Virus record (IMG/VR): IMGVR_UViG_3300030520_000004
Source of the DNA: an uncultured virus (IMG/VR IMGVR_UViG_3300030520_000004)
Taxonomy: Duplodnaviria; Heunggongvirae; Uroviricota; Caudoviricetes
Length of the DNA stretch: 64,000 nucleotides
Strand: one strand, 5' to 3'
Position numbers and translations under genes: made by a program. Below the pieces are notes generated by a model that saw only the letters and a program-made list of their open reading frames with translations, was not told the DNA's origin and made no database searches. Of the stretch, positions 50,366-62,241 are shown one piece after another. Position 1 is the first letter of the stretch, and each line of letters starts with the position of its first letter.

Positions 50366-51175
50366 GTGTCCCGCACGCACACGTTCACCCGCACCCACGT
50401 CTGTGTCACGTTCGCGAATCCCCACATGGTCTGCGAAACCTGCCGCAAGCTCGCGACCGGCTGGCACGACAACATTCAGTGCGGCTGCGACGCCGCCAAC
50501 ACCAACGAGCCCTGCGGCTGCCCGGTCGGCGCGACGTCCACCTGCCCGTCGTGGTCGCCCGTCGACGGCTGCACCTGCGCCGAGCCACACGTCGCCAACT
50601 GACCGCCCGCCTTCGTCCCGTCCGGCGCAGCCCGGGCGGCCAATTACCAGGGAGAGACTGATGACCAACGACTACGACGACGAGTTCCTCAGGAACCGCG
50701 ACGAGTCCCGCGGGGACTTCCACAACCTGATGGACGCCGTGCACTTGGAGCCGGAAGACATCGACCCGCTGATTGACGCCGACCGGCTCAACACCCTGCG
50801 CCTCGCGCTGACCGCGATCGAGGACCCGGAGGAGCGCGCGGGTGGCGTGGGCTGGGAGACGGCCCGCGACATCGTGCAGCGGATGATCGACGCGGCAGGG
50901 GAGTGACCGTGACCGACTTCGACCGCGACCCCGAAGCCCTCGCCTGGGCTCGCGCCAAGATCCAACGGCACATCGACCAGTGCGCCCAGTTCGAGCAGCA
51001 GGGCGCTGAGCGTGGGGACCCCGAACTCGCGCTCCGCTGGCGGCGCACCAAGAACTACATGCGGATGAAGTTCATCGGCGGCCGAGGCTGCGTGATCGCT
51101 TCCTTCGATGAGCGACTGCCGGAGATGAAGGCGCTGCTTGATACCGACCAGCCCACCGAAGGAGCACCCGCATGA
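50366..51175 (+). CDS. Three small hypothetical genes (50366-50602 Cys-rich, 50661-50906, 50903-51175)
   Basis: RBS motifs and coupling. Confidence 0.6.
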
Positions 51176-51681
51176 CCCTCACTCTCGCCGACGTAGACCG
51201 CATCGCCGCCGAGGCCCACGCCGGCCAGCTGGACAAGATCGGCGTCCCGTACATCGAGCACCCGCGCGCGGTCGCTGCCGGGCTCGCCCCGTTCGGGGTC
51301 GGGATGCAGATGGCCGGGCTGCTGCACGACGTGCTGGAGGACACCCCGGTGATGTACCGGGACCTGCTGGCGATGGGCGTGCCGCTCGCCGTGGTCCGCA
51401 CTGTCCTGGCTGTCACTAAGCACGAGGGCGCGCCGTACAAGGAGAAGCTGGTTGCGATCACGCTGGATCAGGCTGCATGCCTCGTCAAGATCAGCGACAA
51501 CGCAAGTAATAGCGACTCGGCGCGCACCGCCCTACTCCCGCCGGACAAGCGCGAACGCCTCGCCGTGAAGTACGCCCAGGCCCGCGCGATCCTGTGGCCC
51601 GCCGTACCCCGCGAGGACATCGCCACCATCCTGCGGATCGTCAACCCGAGCCTGCTCGGGGAACTGGAGAACCTGACATGA
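51172..51681 (+). CDS. Stand-alone HD hydrolase of the RelA/SpoT (Mesh1/SAH-like) family
   Basis: AHAGQ.DK.G.PYIEHP…LLHDVLEDT…VKISD..SN. Confidence 0.88.
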   Translation: MTLTLADVDRIAAEAHAGQLDKIGVPYIEHPRAVAAGLAPFGVGMQMAGLLHDVLEDTPVMYRDLLAMGVPLAVVRTVLAVTKHEGAPYKEKLVAITLDQAACLVKISDNASNSDSARTALLPPDKRERLAVKYAQARAILWPAVPREDIATILRIVNPSLLGELENLT

Positions 51682-52594
51682 GCGATGACCCGAACATCCA
51701 CCGCCTCACCCTCCTGCTCGCCGATGCGATCACCGGCGACGCCCAAGGCCGGGGCAGCGACGACTACGCCCAGCGCGACAGCCCCGGCCGGGCCCTGGCC
51801 ACGGTCGACGGCCGCGAGTACGTGATCACCGTCGTGGCGAACACCGAGCAGGCGATGACGCTGGCCGTGCCGCCGTCGGAGAAGATCCGGCAGCAGCGCG
51901 AATTGTTGGACCTCGCGATGGAGTTCTACGTCCGGGTCCCGATCCCGCCGCTGAGCCACGTCGTGGTCCGGCGGGAGATGCTGGGCGTGGACCGTTGGGC
52001 CGTCACCAACGGGTCGCTGACGGGCCTGCAGGCGTGGATGGACGGCCGCTGGCAGTACGTCAGCGGCACGGGCCGCCAGGCCGCGTTCCGGTGGCCGCTG
52101 GAGCGGGCCATGGAGGTCGCGAACGAGGCTGCGGAACACGAGGCACGGGAGTGGGAGCGACGCATCACGCAGGGAGGTACGGCGCGATGACCGAGTTCTT
52201 CGAGCCCAATAAGACCTACCGCCACTACCTGGAGGACGGCTCCCCGTCCGACGAAGGTCTGTTCCTGGTCGCCCTCGTCGGCCGCGCCCCGGGGCCGTTC
52301 GAGTGCTACAGCGAGACGCTGGGGGTGGCGTTCGGCTGGCGGCAGGGCATCGGCCCGAACGGCGACTGGGAAGCCCTGGGGTCGTACGTCACGCCGGACT
52401 TCGCGGGCTGGCGGGAGGTCCGGCCGGTGGATGATGCCGCAGCCGAGCCGAACGGGTGCCGGTGGTGCGGCGACACCCCGGGCCACCACGGCAGGCAGTA
52501 CGCCGACGGCATCGGACAGCATCAGTGGGCCGGGCCGTCGGATCGGCAGCGGCTCGGGCGGATGCGGGCACGGCTGACGGGCGGTGCCGAGTGA
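51678..52594 (+). CDS. Two hypothetical genes (51678-52190, 52187-52594)
   Basis: ATGA overlaps. Confidence 0.65.
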
Positions 52595-52665
52595 ACGTCC
52601 TGCTCTCCGGCGTGGTCGGATCCACCGCGTATGGGGCTGGCGCACGCGGTGGACGCGGGAAGTTG
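52591..52665 (+). pseudogene. Remnant N-terminus of a Pol-beta-type nucleotidyltransferase
   Basis: MNVLLSGVVGSTAYG, then LAHA after a one-base shift in GGGG (52633-52636); catalytic DxD absent. Confidence 0.55.
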
Positions 52666-52670
52666 CGGAC

Positions 52671-52805
52671 CTACCCGCCGATGGTCCAGGTCGTGGTGAG
52701 CAGGTTCGTCGGCAGGCCCATCGTCACCCCCGGCTTGGCCATGGTGAGGACGCCAGTGGTCGGCATCGTGAGGATCGGCTTCGGGGGTGACTGGATCTTG
52801 AACAT
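52671..52805 (-). CDS. 44-aa Thr/Pro/Met-rich peptide
   Basis: AGGAGA RBS; MFKIQSPPKPILTMPTTGVLTMAKPGVTMGLPTNLLTTTWTIGG (manual translation). Confidence 0.5.
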   Translation of the reverse strand: MFKIQSPPKPILTMPTTGVLTMAKPGVTMGLPTNLLTTTWTIGG

Positions 52806-52995
52806 GGCGTCTCCTGTCGGTTGGAAATGTCAGCGTGGCATCCCGATTTCCTTGATCGCTCCCTAGCGAGACCGAGGCCGCTGAATTCGCGCCCTGACCT
52901 GCGCAAAGTCTCCACTTCGGCTTATGTCAAACCGGTCCTGGCGGGGCGCCAGGAGTGGGACAATAAGTGGATCAATCACCTGATATCACCAGGAG

Positions 52996-54218
52996 ATGGA
53001 AATGGGTGCAGCCCTGCACCTCGCGCAGCCCGATCTGCTCGCGATACCCGTCCCGAACGCCAAGGCCACCTGGCTGCACATCGCCCTCGACCCGATCGAG
53101 CACGAGCGGCGGCAGGTGGATGGCCTCGGCGGCATCACTAGCTGGGACCAACTCAACACGCTCATGGGGTTGCCGGTTGGCGAGCCCATTCCGATCGGCT
53201 CGATCGCCTGGGCTGACCGCCCGGCCCTGCGGAAGCTCCCGTGCGGTGCGGTCCATCTAACCCGAACGCACGTCACCCGGCTGGCGATCCGACCCTGCCG
53301 CGTCCACCGCGCGGTTCTCGCCGGCGCCGCGACCCGCCGGAACCTGGACCGGGCCAGCAGATTCGCCCCATTCTGCGCCCGTCAACTGCTCATCCCCGCA
53401 CCGCCCCGCCGGCCCGACTTCCTGACCGAGGCCGACTTCTACGGCATCGGCGTCACCCTCGACCATGGAGGCGAGCACGAGGTGCTGGTCGTGGAGCGTC
53501 GGTGGCGGCCGATGCGGCACACCGTTGCGGGGTGGCGGTTCGTGGAGCAGGCGTACGCGACCGCCGTGTGCCCAGGTCGGGAGAGTGACTGATGCACCGC
53601 GTGCGCCGCTTCGACGAGTGGTTTCCCGAGCAGGCCAACACCGCTGAGGCCACCCTCGACAGTCTCAAGCCGGGCCAGGTCATCGCCTGGGACTTCCAGC
53701 CGTTCCGCGTCATCGAAGTCCGCGAGAAGCCCTTGGCCCAGTGGACGGGTGCAGCGTTGGCGGCATGGCGTGAAGCCGGAGAGCCGCCGCCCGGCTGCTG
53801 GACGCACCGGCCCATGGATGTCGAGTACCGCATCGACCGGCCTGGCGAGCCCCTGATGGTCGGCAAGGGTGCCGCGTCCACCCTGTTCCTAGTGCTGCCG
53901 GAGCACTACGCGATCTGTGCTCGGTGCGGCCAGTTGCCGCCGTGCCGTGACGAACTCGCCGACCGGATCATGGTTGTGGAGTCTCGGCGGATCGCGTTCG
54001 AGATGGACCTGACGATCGGCGACTGCCACGGCTGCGGTGAGCGCATCCGGCCCCGGGAGCATTCGACGCTGTACCCCGGCGAGAACCTGATCCGCCCTGA
54101 CCTTGGCTCGAATACTGCCGTGTTCCACACGCGGCAGTCGTGCCTTGAGATCGCGCTCGCCTATCAGGATCGCTGGCTCGCTGGAGATCCAAGCCGCAAG
54201 CCCCTCGTCCGAACCTGA
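52996..54218 (+). CDS. Two coupled hypothetical genes (52996-53592, 53592-54218)
   Basis: AGGAG RBS, TGATG coupling; second has CARC and CHGC motifs. Confidence 0.7.
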
Positions 54219-54452
54219 CCCACCACCCCGGAGGCCCCCATGCCCACCCCCACCGTCACCCGCCCCAGCACCCCGCCCGCGTCTCACTGCGTCAGGCGGC
54301 GAAGGACAGCGACACGGCAGCGGCGTCGATCCTGGACCGCGTCATCCCGGCAGCCGACAGGCAGCGGGTCGAGGTCGCCAGCTTCCAGAGCAGCATCTAG
54401 CCAGCCGCCGGGGTCGCGTGGCCCCGGCCAACCCTCAACGCGAAGGACCCTC

Positions 54453-55519
54453 ATGCCTGATCACCCGCCAGCTTGGCCGTGGATGGCCGACCTGGACCGC
54501 GACAACCTGGAGCACCTGCACGCCGATCTCCGAGCCGTCGCCGAAGAGTCGGACCTCGACAAGGCCATGGCCGAACTGAACGTCCTCGCCGAGGAATGGG
54601 CGGCCACCATAGGACTGCCTGTAGAGGACGCTGACGCCGAGCACGACGAGGTCGAACCCCTCGCCGCTGAACCGGACTCCGACCTGTCGACGGGTGCGGC
54701 GTTCCTTGTCAACGCGATCCAGAACGCCCGGGTCAGCGACATCCAGGCTGCGTTCCGGCACCTTGGGTGGGCGCTGAGCTTCGACGTCGTAGTGGACACG
54801 GAAGAGGAGCCGACCCCGTGAGCTACACCCGCCTGAACATCAACATCAACCGCGAGACCGCCGCGTCCCTGCTGCGCCGCCCAGCCGACCAGTCCATGAC
54901 CGAGACAGTGCGCCGGGCCGTAGCCGTCTACGGTCTGCTGTACGAGCAGGTCGACGCCGGCGGCAGGGTGCTGCTGGTGAACGGGTGCGCGGTGCGGGAG
55001 ATCAAGTTGGAGGTGGGGGCCGATGCCTGACACCACCCACCACCCGGTCCCGTCTCCGTCCCCGTGCATCCCGGACCACGGCGTCCCCGCGTTCTGCTGG
55101 GGCTGTACGGAGGTGTGCGCGGTCTGCCGGGACGCGAAGGGCAGGCCGGTGCTGTGGCCGTGCGTGTACTCGGAGGAGTTTGAGGTCCCGCCCCGGCCGA
55201 CGACGGACGCCGAGTTCGAGGCGCTGCCACGGTTCAGCGCGGACGAGTTCCGGGCGATGCTACTAGCGGCGGCCTACGGGCCAATCCTGGACGAGGGGGA
55301 GGAATGATCGCCGCCGACCAGATCTACCGCTCCTGCGACCCGCGTGGCGGCCCGAGCATCCGCATCACCTCGTACCGGCCCGGTGAGGCCCGCGCGCAGG
55401 TCGTCAACGCTGCTGACGGGAAACGGTTCCGGCAGATCCTCGTCGCCCAGCTCCACGACAGTCCGCTCACCAAGACCGGCAAGCCCCGCCGGACCGGATA
55501 CGCCCTGGAGGAATCATGA
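54453..55519 (+). CDS. Four small genes (54453-54821, 54818-55030 RHH-like, 55023-55307, 55304-55519)
   Basis: Overlapping start/stops; TRLNININRETAASL…SMTETVRRAV is RHH-like. Confidence 0.6.
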
Positions 55520-56022
55520 TCGGCTGCGGGAACGACCCGCGCATCCAACTCACCGACGGCGACCACGCGGAGGTGGACCGCTTCATGGCGCACCTCGCCG
55601 AGACGCGAGCCGCGCAGCCGAAGGTCGTGTGCATCTGCGGGTCGATGCGTTTCCAGGCGCAGATGGCCGAAGCTGCTGCGGACGAGTCCCTGGCGGGGCG
55701 GATCGTGCTGATGCCGCACGTCAACGTGGCGATGGAGGCTGCGCTGCTGGCGAACCCGGACGAGTCGAAGCGGGGGCTGGACCGGCTGCACCGGGCGAAG
55801 ATCCGCATGTCGCAGGAGGTGCTGGTCGTCGGCGACTACGTGGGGGAGTCCACCACTGCGGAGATCGAGTACGCGCGGTACCTCGGCATGCCCGTGCGGT
55901 TCACGCATCCCGAGGTCGACCCGGCACACCCGCTCGTCTCCGCCGAGGAGATCGAGGCCCGGCTCGCCGCCGCGCACGCCGAGGTTGCGCGGCGCAGGGG
56001 AGCGGAGGTCGGCGATGCCTGA
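55516..56022 (+). CDS. Nucleoside 2-deoxyribosyltransferase-like (DUF4406-type) protein
   Basis: VVCICGSMRF…LHRAKIRMSQEVLVV…YVGEST.AEIEYA…GMPV. Confidence 0.6.
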   Translation: MIGCGNDPRIQLTDGDHAEVDRFMAHLAETRAAQPKVVCICGSMRFQAQMAEAAADESLAGRIVLMPHVNVAMEAALLANPDESKRGLDRLHRAKIRMSQEVLVVGDYVGESTTAEIEYARYLGMPVRFTHPEVDPAHPLVSAEEIEARLAAAHAEVARRRGAEVGDA

Positions 56023-59000
56023 CCCCGAGGTCGAGTACGCGGTCCGCATCCGGGAGGGCGAGATCATGCCGCGCCCGTCGCTGGAGCTGGCGCAGCGCAT
56101 GGTGGACGGCATCCGGGCGCGCGGGGGACCGGCGGAGCTGCTCAGCCGGACTGTGGTGCGCAGCGACTGGGAGGAGACGGCTCCAGTGGGGACTGCCGTG
56201 GCCGCCATCGGGCACCGTTCGGAGATGCGGTACTGCCATTGGGCACCCGAGGGTGGCGTCGACACCTTCACCGCGGCCTGCTCCTGCGGCTGGGAGTCGC
56301 AGCCGTCCCGGTGGCAGGACCGGGCTGGGCTGCTGATGCACTACCACCTCGCAGGGGACGAGGCAGCGGTAGCGAAGATCAACGAGGCGATTGGGAGGGA
56401 GACATGACCGACCCCAGCTACATCCACCCCGCCTCCGGCCGCGAGTACCGCGAAGGCGATCCCGCGCACCGCCTCGCCCGCCTGACCCGCGCTCTCGCCG
56501 GCCAGTGCGAGCGGTTCCTCGACGAGTACTGGCGCCAGCTCGCCGACACTGACTACCTCGATCAGTACCGCACCTGGCCCGGCGACTGCGACCAGGTTGC
56601 TCGCACCATGGCCCGCACGATCGAGGGGATCGATCGGGCGTACAGCGACGTCACCTCGGACCGGTCCCTGCACGAGTACGGGCTCGGAGAGAAGGACGCC
56701 GAGTGGGAGCGGAAGTACGGGCAGGTGGAGAAGCCATGACGGAGTCCCCGGAGATCGCCGCGCTGGCCAAGGTCGTCAGCGAGGGGCTGGGCCGTGACCA
56801 CCGCGTAGCACAGGGCTTGCTCATGGCTGCTCGCGACATGTTCCGAGAGCCGGACTTCTACAACGTCGGCGGGTTCGCGGCCGACGAGTTCTGGCGGCAC
56901 TTCGCCCCGCACCGCATCCTGGCGGACGTCGCGGGGCGGCGGACCCTGCTGGACGGAGCGCTCGGCTGGGAGCACTACGAGCATGGTGAGGACGAGTGGC
57001 ATTCCTGCCAAGCCCATCCCGGGCGGATCAAGCTCTGGCCCACAGAGCCCCGCGACTGCCGCTGCACCCGTGACGCCCGTGTCCGGGGCGTGTTGACCGC
57101 GCTCGCCGCGCCCTACCTGACCACGGAGACCACGTGACCGACGACGACTTCCGCCTCTGGACGACCGGTTTCGGGATCACCGACACCCGGGCCCGGTTCA
57201 ACTACGTGAGCGCTGGCGGCAACAGCATCAACCTACTGCTGCGTGACATTCACCTCGACATCATCCGCGACGGCACCGCCGACTGGCAGGCGACCTATGT
57301 GGACCCCCACCAGCCTGAGCTGACCTGGACGGCGCGCTCCGACTCGTCGCCCGGTGCCGTCCTCAACCTCATCGCCCGAAGGTGCGGGCTTGGCGGGGAA
57401 ATCCGTGGCAGCTGGCCCGAGGGGGAGGAGCAGCCGTGACCGACCACATCTTCCGCTACGAGGTCCCCGTAGACGATGACGTCCACCCGATCGAGCTGTC
57501 CGGCGCGATCGTTCACGTCGGTTGCCGAGACCCGCGCATCGTCGAGTTCTGGGCGCTGAGCACGGGCGGCCCGACCGTGGAGCGGGTCTTCTACGTCGTG
57601 GGCACCGGGCACCACATCCCGGGCGGCTGGACTGCACACGTCGGAACGGCCGTCGCGCCGGGCGGCCAACTGGTCTGGCATCTGCTGGAGGGGTCATGAT
57701 GAGCCACCCGCTGCTGTATCTATCGGCGACCGCCGGACCCGAGCCGTCCCACCATCACCCCTGGCTGTACGCCACCCGCCGTCACGGCTGCTGGGGTGAG
57801 TGCCAGTGCGGCGGGTGGCGGTCGCGGACGTGGACGAGCGTCGTCGGGGTGCACCTGGAGTTCGGGCAGCACCTGCTGGAGGTGGCGCGGTGACCCCGCT
57901 GCTCACCGCTGCCGCGACCCTGGCCGCTGTCCTGGTCGGCTACGTTCTCGGTCGTCTGCGCCCGTGGCGGATGCTCGGCGACTGGGCAGCTAGCCAGCTC
58001 CGGTTCGTAGGCAGCTGGGCAACTGGCTCGACTGCGAGGCAGTTGCTGCTGGCGATGGCCGTGGCTGTCACCGAGCCGCGCGGGGCACTGCGGTCGTGGC
58101 GGCAGAGCAAGGAGCCGGAGGCCACGGGGTTCACCGGGGCCATGAAACCGAAGGAGCGACCGTGACCGTCTTCCTGATCGCCGTCGCCGTCATCATCACC
58201 CTCGCGGCCGTGTTCGTCGTCTGGTGCTGGCTGTCGATGGCCGCCGAGTTCAAGGAGATCTCCCCGGGTCCGCGCATCAGATCCGAGGTCATATCCAAGC
58301 TCGGCAAGCGGATCATCGCGGCGGAGGAGCGGCGCCGGCGGGCGGACGTGCTGCGGCGGTACGCGGACGCCGGACGGCCGGTGCACGGGCCTGCCGGCGA
58401 GGTGCTGACGCCGGAGCAGCTGCGGTTCGCGGCTGACCTAATCGACAAGGAGGGGCCCGCATGACCGCCCGCGATGACCTATACAGTGCCCTGCTCGCGC
58501 ACACCCGCGAGGGCCATCATTACGCCCCGCAGGCCGAGCAGTTGATGCGCAGGTTCGAGGCCGAGATCCGCATGGATGAGGCAACTTGCCGCCTTGGGCA
58601 GGCCGTTGCGGAGGGAACTGAACAGCCCGGCCTCGATCCCGTTGGCATTCTGCGGACGGCAGCACGCAAGATCCTGGCATTCGGAGGTTGGCAGCATGCC
58701 CAGGTGTATGCCCGACTGATAGACCCGGATGCCACCGAGCAGTGGGATGCCCTCGCCGTCCAGTGGCGACCCATCAGCCCCGACGGGGAGGGGCAGCGGT
58801 GACCGCTCGTGATGACCTGCGCCGCGCACTCCTCGACCACACCCAGGAGGCCGGCGAGCATGCACCGGAGGCCGATCGGCTGATCAACGCGGCCATCACC
58901 GAGGCAATCGAGACCCAGCGTGACCTGCTGCACTTCTGCGGACGCCCAGCTCCCGGCGAGTCTGGGTACGCCCGTGACCAGCTCATCATCGCGTTCCGTG

Positions 59001-60939
59001 GCGGCGAGGAAGGCGAGTTCAGCTCGTACGGCTGGGATACGGCAGCGATGATGGCCGACCGGGTCGTACGCAGCATCCGAGTTGAGGCCGACCGCGAGAA
59101 TGCCACGAGGATCCGCGCCGCTGCCGACGGCACCTGCGCCACTGACGATCCCCGCTGGAACGGCATGAACGCGGCCGCCGATCTCATCGACCCGGAGGTG
59201 ACCCCGTGAGGTGCGCGGACGTGATCATCTGGGAGCACGGCGACCGTGTCGTAACGCCGCGCGGTCCGGGTGAGGTCGTGCGTCCTCCGGTGAACCCGTA
59301 CGCCAGCCTGCCGCAGGTGGAAGTGCGCCTCGACGGCGACGGGCTCCACTGGCGGTTCGACGCTCAGTGCCTCCAGCCCGAGCCTGGCGCGGAGGCGAAC
59401 AACGCACTGCACCGCTGCCAGCACGTCGCACCGGCCCTCAGCGCGCCCGGCGAGCAAGTGGAGGGTGGGCCGTGCCTGTACTGCGGGCTGGCGTTCGAGG
59501 AATGGGAGAGCCACGCATGACCGACCCCCATCTGCCCGCCGAGCACGCAGGCCAGACGATCCGCTGGGAGCCGTGGCAGGAGCGTGCTGTGTGCGGGCGG
59601 ATCCCGGTGCCGACCGAGTGCCGGCTGTGCGGCCAGACGTCCCCGCAGCACCGCACCCTGGGCCGCGTGGACGGCTCCGTCCGGGCGTCGGCGGAGCGCT
59701 GCACGCTGTGCGGCGGCGTGCGGGCGTACTGGCGTGACGACCCGGCACCCGGTGAGGCGAGGGGGAGGGTGGTGCTGATGGGCAGGGCCCCAGTCCAGGG
59801 CCCGTGTGATGAGGGCATTGATAAGCCGCAACAAGACGAGGAGACCCCGGCATGACCGACTTCCACCTGATCCCGCGTACCCCGGCGGCCAGGCTCCGCT
59901 ACCTGGTGGAGCAGCTCAGCAGCGTGCGTGCGCCGGGGTCGGCCGGGCAGACCCGCCTGATCGCCGCACGGATGGTGCTGGAGCAGGTCGCGGAGGAGCT
60001 GGAGGCTGCGCCCGAGTCCCCGCTGCCGGTCCGCCCGGACGGCGACCGCTGCTCCACCTGCGGCGTGCTGGTCGAGCCGTACGGGATGGTGCTGCACCAC
60101 CGGGCCGTGCACGCGAGCGCGGAGCAGCTGGCCGAGGACGGGCCAAGGACCGTTGGCTCGTTGGTCTGGACGGTCACCACCACCGTCACCGCCCCGACCC
60201 CCGAGGACGCTGAGCGCTGGGCGGGGATGCTGCGGGACCTACAGCTCGGCGAGCACGGGGAGCACATGCGGCTGGACATCACGGTCGCGCCGGTCGTCCC
60301 GGAGACCCCGGGGGCGGCGTTCCAGCGGCGGCAGTTGGAACGGGGGCTGGCGATGCTGTACGGCGGGGACGATGCTCCGGTCGGCATTGCCACCCCCGGC
60401 AGCACGCCGTTGCCTACCCCCGCAACGGCCGAGGCGGACGTCGAGTGCGGCTTCGTCCGGGACCGCTGGGATGGTCCGTACCGGATGCGGGATCGCTGCA
60501 CCGGACCGGCCGGGCATGCGACTTCCTGGACGGCGGAGGGGCACGGGCCGTGGGAGATGCTGGCCGATGCGCCGGCCAGTGTCACCGGGGCCGCGACGGG
60601 CGAGGAGCAGCAGTGACCCAGACGATGCGCTATGTCTGCCCACTGGCCTGCGGCTGGACCCGCGAGCAGGGCGTGCCCGTCTGCAACTATGCCCTTGGCG
60701 GCACGACGGACGAGATCGTTCAGGATGCGCTGATGAAGTCGTATGCCGCTGACGAGATCTTCATCCGCGAGCACCTGGAGACGCACGCCCTGCTGGAGTG
60801 GGCGCAGGCGCTCCAGGCCGCCCGGGATGAGCGGGACCGGTGGAGGCGGAAGGCCGAAGCGGAGGCGGCGCGGCTGGGGGATCTGCTCGGCGCTGTGCGG
60901 GAGCGGGCCGAGACGGTAACCGGCGAGGAGCAGCGGTGA
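56015..60939 (+). CDS. Run of about 15 small coupled hypothetical genes (e.g. 56015-56407, 56404-56739, 56736-57137, 57134-57439, 57436-57699, 58461-58802, 59206-59520, 59852-60616)
   Basis: Consistent ATGA/GTGA overlaps with SD-like sequences at upstream gene ends. Confidence 0.6.
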
Positions 60940-61421
60940 GCGGGCGCAGCATCGACGAGCTGGCGGACACGATCCGGGCGCGACTGGACGCCGAGCAGGA
61001 GGCGGCAGGCTGGACGCAGGCCGGGCCGTGGTGGGTTGAGCAGGAGAAGGTGAAGCACTGGGGGCATGAGCCCGAGGCGCCCCGGCTGGCGTCGAGCAAG
61101 GGCTGGCTGGCGGTGTTCACGTCGGAGAACGGGTGGCTCAACGGCGTGCACGTGGCACTGCATGATCCGACGACGGTCCTGCGGCGAGTGGCTCGCGACC
61201 GGGACATGCTGGCCCGGTTCCTCGCCGAGCCGCACGAGCAGCACCCCACCAACCCGTGGTTCTCGTGCCGGGCGGTGGTCACGCTGGTCGACGGGCGCCG
61301 GGCGCACCGGACGGATGACGCGCAGGAGCCGGTCGGACTGTGCGGCTGCGGGCGGGACGGGCGGGTGCGCGGCTACCTGGAGCTGATGGCCGGGGCGGAC
61401 GAGACGGAGGCGGCAGGGTGA
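60936..61421 (+). CDS. DUF6221-like protein
   Basis: IRARLDAEQEAA…GPW…HVALHDPTTVLRRVARDR. Confidence 0.7.
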   Translation: MSGRSIDELADTIRARLDAEQEAAGWTQAGPWWVEQEKVKHWGHEPEAPRLASSKGWLAVFTSENGWLNGVHVALHDPTTVLRRVARDRDMLARFLAEPHEQHPTNPWFSCRAVVTLVDGRRAHRTDDAQEPVGLCGCGRDGRVRGYLELMAGADETEAAG

Positions 61422-61677
61422 GCGCCCCGACGGAGTTCCGGTGGATCCTCGGCGACGGCGACAACGACTGGGGCCGCTGGCACGCCCTCGAAGGCGACTG
61501 CCTGGGATGCTGCTGCCGAGGCCCAATGCGCTGCTCCGGGTGCGGTGGCCGTGAGCATCAGGAGCCGATCGCGGGCCCTGATGGCGGCACGGTCCACGAC
61601 TGGGTATGCCAGACATGCAGGGAGGCGTCGTGCGGAGATCCGGCGGTGGTCGAGGAGCGGTGCGGGCAGTAGCAGCT

Positions 61678-61848
61678 CTACCGGCGTCGGCTGCCTGCGC
61701 CTGCCCGCCTCATCTGCCAGCCTGCGGTGAGCAGCGCGACGACGAACACGACGATCCCGATGATCAGCAGCCAGAACAGGCCCTTCACGACCACGCCGAG
61801 GACCCCGAAAACGATCGCGAGCAGGATGAACGGCAGCAGCCAGACCAT
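61678..61848 (-). CDS. Small hydrophobic membrane protein
   Basis: MVWLLPFILLAIVFGVLGVVVKGLFWLLIIGIVVFVVALL; GAGGAGG RBS. Confidence 0.75.
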   Translation of the reverse strand: MVWLLPFILLAIVFGVLGVVVKGLFWLLIIGIVVFVVALLTAGWQMRRAGAGSRRR

Positions 61849-62059
61849 GAGGGCCTCCTCGGACGAGTCGTCTTCCGACCCTGCGCCCGGAACCGGTGGC
61901 CCGCATCCTGGGGACGTCCGTCTGGTGCGCTGCCGTGGCTGTCGGAGGCCGCTGCACGACCCGGCCAGTCGCGCGGTCGGCATCGGGCCGGAGTGCGCGG
62001 AGGCTGAGTTCGCGGCGCGGCAGGGCGGTATTGAGCAGGAGACGCTGCCGGGCTTTTAG
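61847..62059 (+). CDS. DUF6011-like zinc-finger protein (start uncertain)
   Basis: CRGCRRPLHDPASRAVGIGPEC. Confidence 0.65.
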   Translation: MRASSDESSSDPAPGTGGPHPGDVRLVRCRGCRRPLHDPASRAVGIGPECAEAEFAARQGGIEQETLPGF

Positions 62060-62225
62060 CGCCGTCCAAGTCGCCTGCTAGTAGCTGATTGTCACGAGCG
62101 CGCGAGGCTCTGTGCAGCTTTTGTATCGCCTGGGATGTAACAAGCGCTGCGTCCAAGCGCTTTCCAGCTACTGAAGGTGACGATAGGAGCCGACGGGTGG
62201 TACGGACCGCTCCGTAGATGCACAC

Positions 62226-62241
62226 TCGAACACATGTCCGA
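62226..62241. promoter_or_regulatory. LexA (SOS) box
   Basis: TCGAAC-ACAT-GTCCGA, one mismatch to actinobacterial TCGAAC-N4-GTTCGA; overlaps ATG 62234. Confidence 0.7.

Noticed and set aside
62060..62180. AT-richer gap as attachment site or prophage end
   Set aside because: Phage-like genes continue on both sides; no integrase, tRNA target or duplicated core is seen.
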